DNA from: Microcystaceae cyanobacterium
GTDB lineage: Bacteria; Cyanobacteriota; Cyanobacteriia; Cyanobacteriales; Microcystaceae
Assembly (NCBI GenBank): GCA_041746575.1
Contig: JBGTGT010000114.1
Coordinates: 1 to 17,275 of the forward strand
Length of the DNA: 17,275 bases
Direction: 5' to 3'
Shown here: piece after piece, positions 16,825 through 17,275 of the stretch
How positions within the stretch are numbered: position 1 is the stretch's first letter
How the letters are laid out: every line of letters starts with the position of its first letter
Position numbers and translations under genes: made by a program
The notes under the pieces: generated by a model
The model's database searches: none
Told to the model about the DNA's origin: nothing
What the model saw: the letters and a program-made list of their open reading frames with translations, nothing else

Positions 16825-17275
16825 TAAGTAAGTGAGCTTAATTAAATGTAAAATAGAAAAGTAGTTAAAGCGGAGAAACCCCTATATGCCAGCCCGCCTA
16901 AAAATTCAGCTAACAGAAGTAGAGGAGCAAGAACTGTCAAAGTTAACTCGTCACCCGAAAATTCCTGAAAGTAGGTTTGAATACCAAAGGATGGAAAGCT
17001 CAAGAAATTGCCGATTGGCTCAAACTATCACAAAATACAATTTAGAAAAACAATTTCTAGATGGATTCTTCAAGGCAGAGAAGGATGATGGGATGCTCCC
17101 AGAAGTGGACGAAAAAGAACTTGGAAAAAAGAGGATATAAGAAATCTTAGAAAAAGAGGAAAGAACTTATCATAGTAAACAGTTAGCTAATCTCTTAGAA
17201 AAAGAACGAAAAGTTAAATTAACTTCGGGAAGAATCCGTAAGATTCTTAAAAAAAGGGCTGGAAAGGGAAACGAA
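16825..17275 (+). mobile_element. IS630-family element remnant (HTH ORF pseudogenised), running off the window edge
   Basis: Frame-spliced translation from ATG 16886: MPARLKIQLTEVEEQELSKL..PKIPE / LNTKGWKAQEIADWLKLSQNTI / RKTISRWILQGREG*WDAPRSGRKRTW / [38 protein letters not shown]. Frameshifts occur near 16970, 17041 and 17140, with TGA at 17086-17088 and an A7G slippery run at 17249-17256. The left end position is approximate. Confidence 0.85.

Noticed and set aside
16886..17140. The 84-aa ORF as an intact protein
   Set aside because: Only the first ~28 codons are in the transposase frame; the rest is frameshifted IS630 sequence.

Overview
A chromosomal segment from a cyanobacterium, probably a unicellular Chroococcales-type organism, judging from at least 8 HIP1 GCGATCGC sites, ycf23, a cyanoexosortase and DUF4278 genes. 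Both ends carry decayed insertion sequences reading outward: an IS1-family InsA remnant on the left and an IS630-family remnant on the right. Both are preceded by the same 29-bp TAYAGC-N14-TGAGGTACA motif. From left to right the core holds: (1) two tandem DUF4278 small-protein genes behind a perfect NtcA box in a repressor-like position, the second with a PirA-like C-terminus; (2) a cyanoexosortase B / exopolysaccharide export cluster (DegT aminotransferase, cyanoexosortase B, its associated protein, Wza-like, and a Wzc-like protein lacking a Tyr tail); (3) a Yfr2-like small RNA on the minus strand with a duplicated 5' GGUGUGAGGA motif; (4) DUF1499, an AT-rich sulfotransferase, a LOG-family protein, ycf23 and wecB; (5) dnaA with no adjacent dnaN and no visible DnaA boxes; (6) a Zn-ribbon membrane protein, a GT2 glycosyltransferase and a membrane hypothetical. 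All family assignments come from motif recognition only; no database searches were run.
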